Source: Mayamaea pseudoterrestris
Lineage: Eukaryota
DNA length: 64,000 nt
Assembly (NCBI GenBank): GCA_027923505.1
Contig: BROI01000021.1
Location: 558,001 to 622,000, forward strand
Direction: 5' to 3'
Shown here: positions 60,681 to 64,000 of the stretch, piece after piece
How positions within the stretch are numbered: position 1 is the first letter of the stretch
Layout: every line of letters begins with the position of its first letter
Notes under the pieces: generated by a model
Databases searched by the model: none
Told to the model about the DNA's origin: nothing
What the model saw: only the letters and a program-made list of their open reading frames with translations
Made by a program: the position numbers and the translations under genes

Positions 60681-63516
60681 TTACTCAAAAGTAGGAAGCA
60701 AAGGAAATTGAGCCTTGACAGCTGCAATCCACATTTTCGTAGCCTGCTCAGCGCCAGACCCCAATGACTTTAGTACCGATAACGCCTCGCTACAAGTGTC
60801 AACGGAGACCCCTCTCGACTTGATGCCACAGTCGACAATTAAGGCACAAGCGTCGACGACTGAACCTGCTTTCGTTTCCACCAAAGCCTTAGCAATAGCA
60901 ACACGTAACGGAAGAGCAGTTAGCTCATCGGTCGACGCCGCTTTTGCTGCCTCCTGGATGAACACCACTAAATCTTTATCATTTAGCAAAGTTGGAGCGG
61001 CTTCATCCACAAATGCTTGAGACTGATCTGACAAATTCCCAAAAAATGGTCTTTTTACAAAGAAATCGACTGTCCGAGTGAAGAGAGCAGCATTGGCTGG
61101 ATCTATTGACCGCGCCTTGTAGAGAGACTGCAGTGACATCATCACTTTCTTTCGTCGAATTGCTACATCGTACCGAGCGATCCACGAGTCGATATTCCTT
61201 GGAGCACTATAAACGAGGACTGCAGAAAGCTTAGAAGCCTCCAAAAGTGGATCTTTTGCAAGTAAATCCTTGCCAAGCGGATCAATTTCTATAAACGACG
61301 TTGCCTCCGTTTTCGCAGAAGGTGCTTTTGCGTGATTCCCATTCGCCTCGCTGATTTCATGCACGTCAGCTTCTACCTTTACCGACGCCTTTTTCTTTTT
61401 GCGCGCAATCGCCTTGGCCTTTTTACGCTCGGCGGAAGTCATTAGGGAGTAGTCGGGTTCATCGCTTTCGGAAATGATGGGTCGGTCGTATAAAACAAGG
61501 TATATATGAATCGTCCCTAATGCAGCCTTGACGTAGTATTCTTGTCCAAAAAGGGAGTCTTCAAAGCGAAGCATGTCCACATACGAACGAAACGTCACCT
61601 TTTTCAAACAATAGCCATGGAAATCAAATTGATCGTCGCGTATATCTTCAAAGTGTTTCAAAACAGCGGCTGCACAAAACAAAACGTATGAGAAAAGAAA
61701 TTTGTCGATCGCTTGCGACTAATATCCATATTCTTACCATACTTTTTTAAACTCCGCCCCATGTCTTGTTTTTTAAAGCAGCATGCTGCCATCTCCAGCT
61801 CATACCAAGAGCATTGCATCTCAAAAAGATTTTGCTCCGAATTGCCTTCGTGCTTGGCGAACAGCGAGATGATTTTCATTGCTTCCTCTTCCATACCGGC
61901 AAGTAGCATGTAACGAGTCGTCTCGTTATTCATATATCGATCTTGTTTGTCAAGTTCGCGGCCCTTTTCGATACATTCGACAGCTCCACTACAATCTCCC
62001 GACTTGTAAAGTATTCGAGCTTTCAGAAGGTAAACATCGACTGCATCGGGTGTATGTTCTATACATTTATTTAGCAAGATCACAGCATCGACATATTCTG
62101 CCACCAATTCATGCAGTCCAGCTCGAAGATACCAAGCCCACAAGATTGTGGTCTGTGGCTCTTCGTCGGCGTCCGACTCTGCGAACTTAGATGAAGCAGC
62201 GAGCGAAGAAATGAAACCATCAACAACGTCAGTGTACACCTTATACAATGAGTGCAAACGTAAATCGACCGGATCGTTTGGCCGTAGTAAAGAATCATCC
62301 CTCTCGATCCATAAAAATGAATGTAGCTCATGACACAGCGAGGGAACACCTTGAGATAGGTGTTTTCTACAAAGCTGGTCAACCGCAAATCGAAATGCTT
62401 CGCCGTCAAGAAAAGTAATGGGAATTTGCTTCGCGGCATACGAATCGGGATATCTCACTTGTAGGTCCAACTCGTAAGCTTCTCGTAATACCTTTTTCTG
62501 GTTGCCTGTCAATGGGACCATTGACGCCAGCGTTTGAGACCCCCGCAAACCAAGCACTTTATCGCACAAGTCTGCGTCAACATCTAGAAGGATACACATG
62601 TACATAGAGTGGATGCGATAGTCTTCGGTCATTCCGCGATCAAACATGGCCATGACAGCTTCCCTTCCGCGCGCAAAGTCCCGCAACTTTATTGAATACT
62701 CTGCTTTAGAAAACAGCCAAGCCCCTCGATCGACAACAGTTTCCTCACAAACATCAAGATGATGTAGTGCCTCATCGTAGTTGTTCGGCATCTCTGCCAA
62801 TATACGGTTCTTATACATGGCAAGCTCGCTCGACTCTATACAACGACCAAGTTCTTCGGATCCCTCGTTCAGTGTTCGTAGATACGTGTCAATCACTTCA
62901 ATTGCTCCTGTCAATTCTCCCGTCTGGTGTTTGGCTAGAGCCAATGCCATCCAATGAATTTTTAAGCTCGGCCGAAGCTGTAGAATCGTCGCTCGCGTTT
63001 CTTCAAAGCCAATCAGGTCGCGCATCTGGATCTGAAGCATAGAAAGGTCTCTTAAGATATTAAGGTTACTATTGTCAATGCGAAGTGCTCGTTTGTAGGC
63101 TTTTATTGCTTCATTATAGTTGCGCTCATTTCGATGCAAGAGACCGAAGACGTGCCAACACATGTGGGAACTGTAGAGGGTTCGAGGCAATGCCATTCAA
63201 ATATGAGACTACAATACTTCAAAAAGCGCGATCCATAACCATGACATATGACTTACTTCATGTCATTCATCAGACCTTCTTTAACGCATGCTTGTGCTTC
63301 GCCTCCTTTGCCCGTGCTGCTCAAAGTCAAACCCTTCATTGCAAGTGTCTCTCCATGTTTTGGAAACTTTTTTAGTATCGCGTCAGCCTGTTTTAGTGCC
63401 TTCTTATATTGTTTCGTATCAAAGTGCTTTTGTAGAGTTCGAAACATGTCTTGCTCTTTCTTTGGTAGTGGGCGCCCAGCACCAGCCTGTGGATTGTTGT
63501 CGAGTACGGGAGCCAT
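60681..63516 (-). CDS. NAA15: NatA N-acetyltransferase auxiliary subunit NAA15/16 (TPR). Introns 63171-63256 and 61670-61737
   Basis: Motifs LPKKEQDMFR...KQYKKALKQADAILKKFPKHGETLAMKGL, SHMCWHVFGLLHR, ILRDLSMLQIQMRD, LFEMQCSWY and DDQFDFHGYCLKKVTFRSY. Confidence 0.95.
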
Positions 63517-63839
63517 GGTCTACAATGGACGGCGACCGGACAGCAAACGTCGCGGCAGTCGTATCAACGATCGTATTCAAAACAATGCAATCTATTCGCT
63601 TGGTCCCGCTAAAGTTACGACGAAAGACTGTTGCGTTGCGAGAAGGGTAGGTTACTGCACCCTGCCGTTGTCGATCCACATTTTCGCGTAGGATGGAAAA
63701 GAAAGGCGGCTTGGACGGTCGCGACATCGCAGCAAGGCGCGGTCCCGCACGTCGGAGGCCAGACGAGTACCGTTCAGACGCTAAATATATCTGACAACGA
63801 ATGAACCGCTCGCACAAAGTGATTGTAGATCAATACACT

Positions 63840-64000
63840 ATGTCGACCGCCCAAACGCGAGCGAAGGCTCTATCTTTATACAGACAGCTACTCAGAGGAG
63901 CTCAAAAGATGCCAACTCCCAATCGACGTAATTTCGTTCTCAAGAAAACGCGGACAGAGTTCAAGGCCAATTTAAACTTGACATCACCCGACGACATCGC
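63840..64000 (+). CDS. LYR-motif (Complex1_LYR) mitochondrial protein; 3' end lies outside the window; not in the ORF track
   Basis: ATG at 63840 gives MSTAQTRAKALSLYRQLLRGAQKMPTPNRRNFVLKKTRTEFKANLNLTSPDDI, containing the LYR motif and downstream EF. Confidence 0.85.
   Translation, partial: MSTAQTRAKALSLYRQLLRGAQKMPTPNRRNFVLKKTRTEFKANLNLTSPDDI

Overview
Gene-dense eukaryotic nuclear DNA with short GT-AG introns (mostly 60-130 nt) and several proteins carrying ASAFAP-type bipartite plastid presequences. This points to a photosynthetic stramenopile, most likely a pennate diatom (inference). I can support about 33 protein-coding genes, whose exon junctions I reconstructed by eye, and one tRNA-Ala(AGC). 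Most genes are housekeeping: CDK7-like kinase, TOP2, TMEM94-like, 14-3-3, CK2 alpha, dynein intermediate chain, DDX49, GEN1, AK6, NAA15, DapB, TsaE, a cathepsin L-like protease, a GH16 glucanase and a rhomboid. The most unusual observations are: (1) a mitochondrial F1-ATP synthase neighbourhood, with beta and delta head-to-head across a 269-bp palindrome-containing promoter, the beta chaperone ATP11 about 4 kb away and gamma about 13 kb away; (2) inside that neighbourhood, a protein fusing a cyclic-nucleotide-binding-like domain to a degenerate mitochondrial-carrier fold; (3) a Nup214-like FG nucleoporin with two EF-hand/RanBP2-zinc-finger modules, frameshifted by a near-exact 581-bp duplication; (4) an ANTH-domain protein with a signal peptide; (5) a CpG-depleted 1-kb island beside the tRNA whose surviving CpGs are almost all in GCG context; (6) a 114-bp duplication of a gene 3' end that looks like intron or alternative-exon birth; (7) a structured element in an ATP synthase beta intron; (8) a degenerate ~76-bp repeat array in a bidirectional promoter. 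All family calls come from recognising motifs; no database searches were run.
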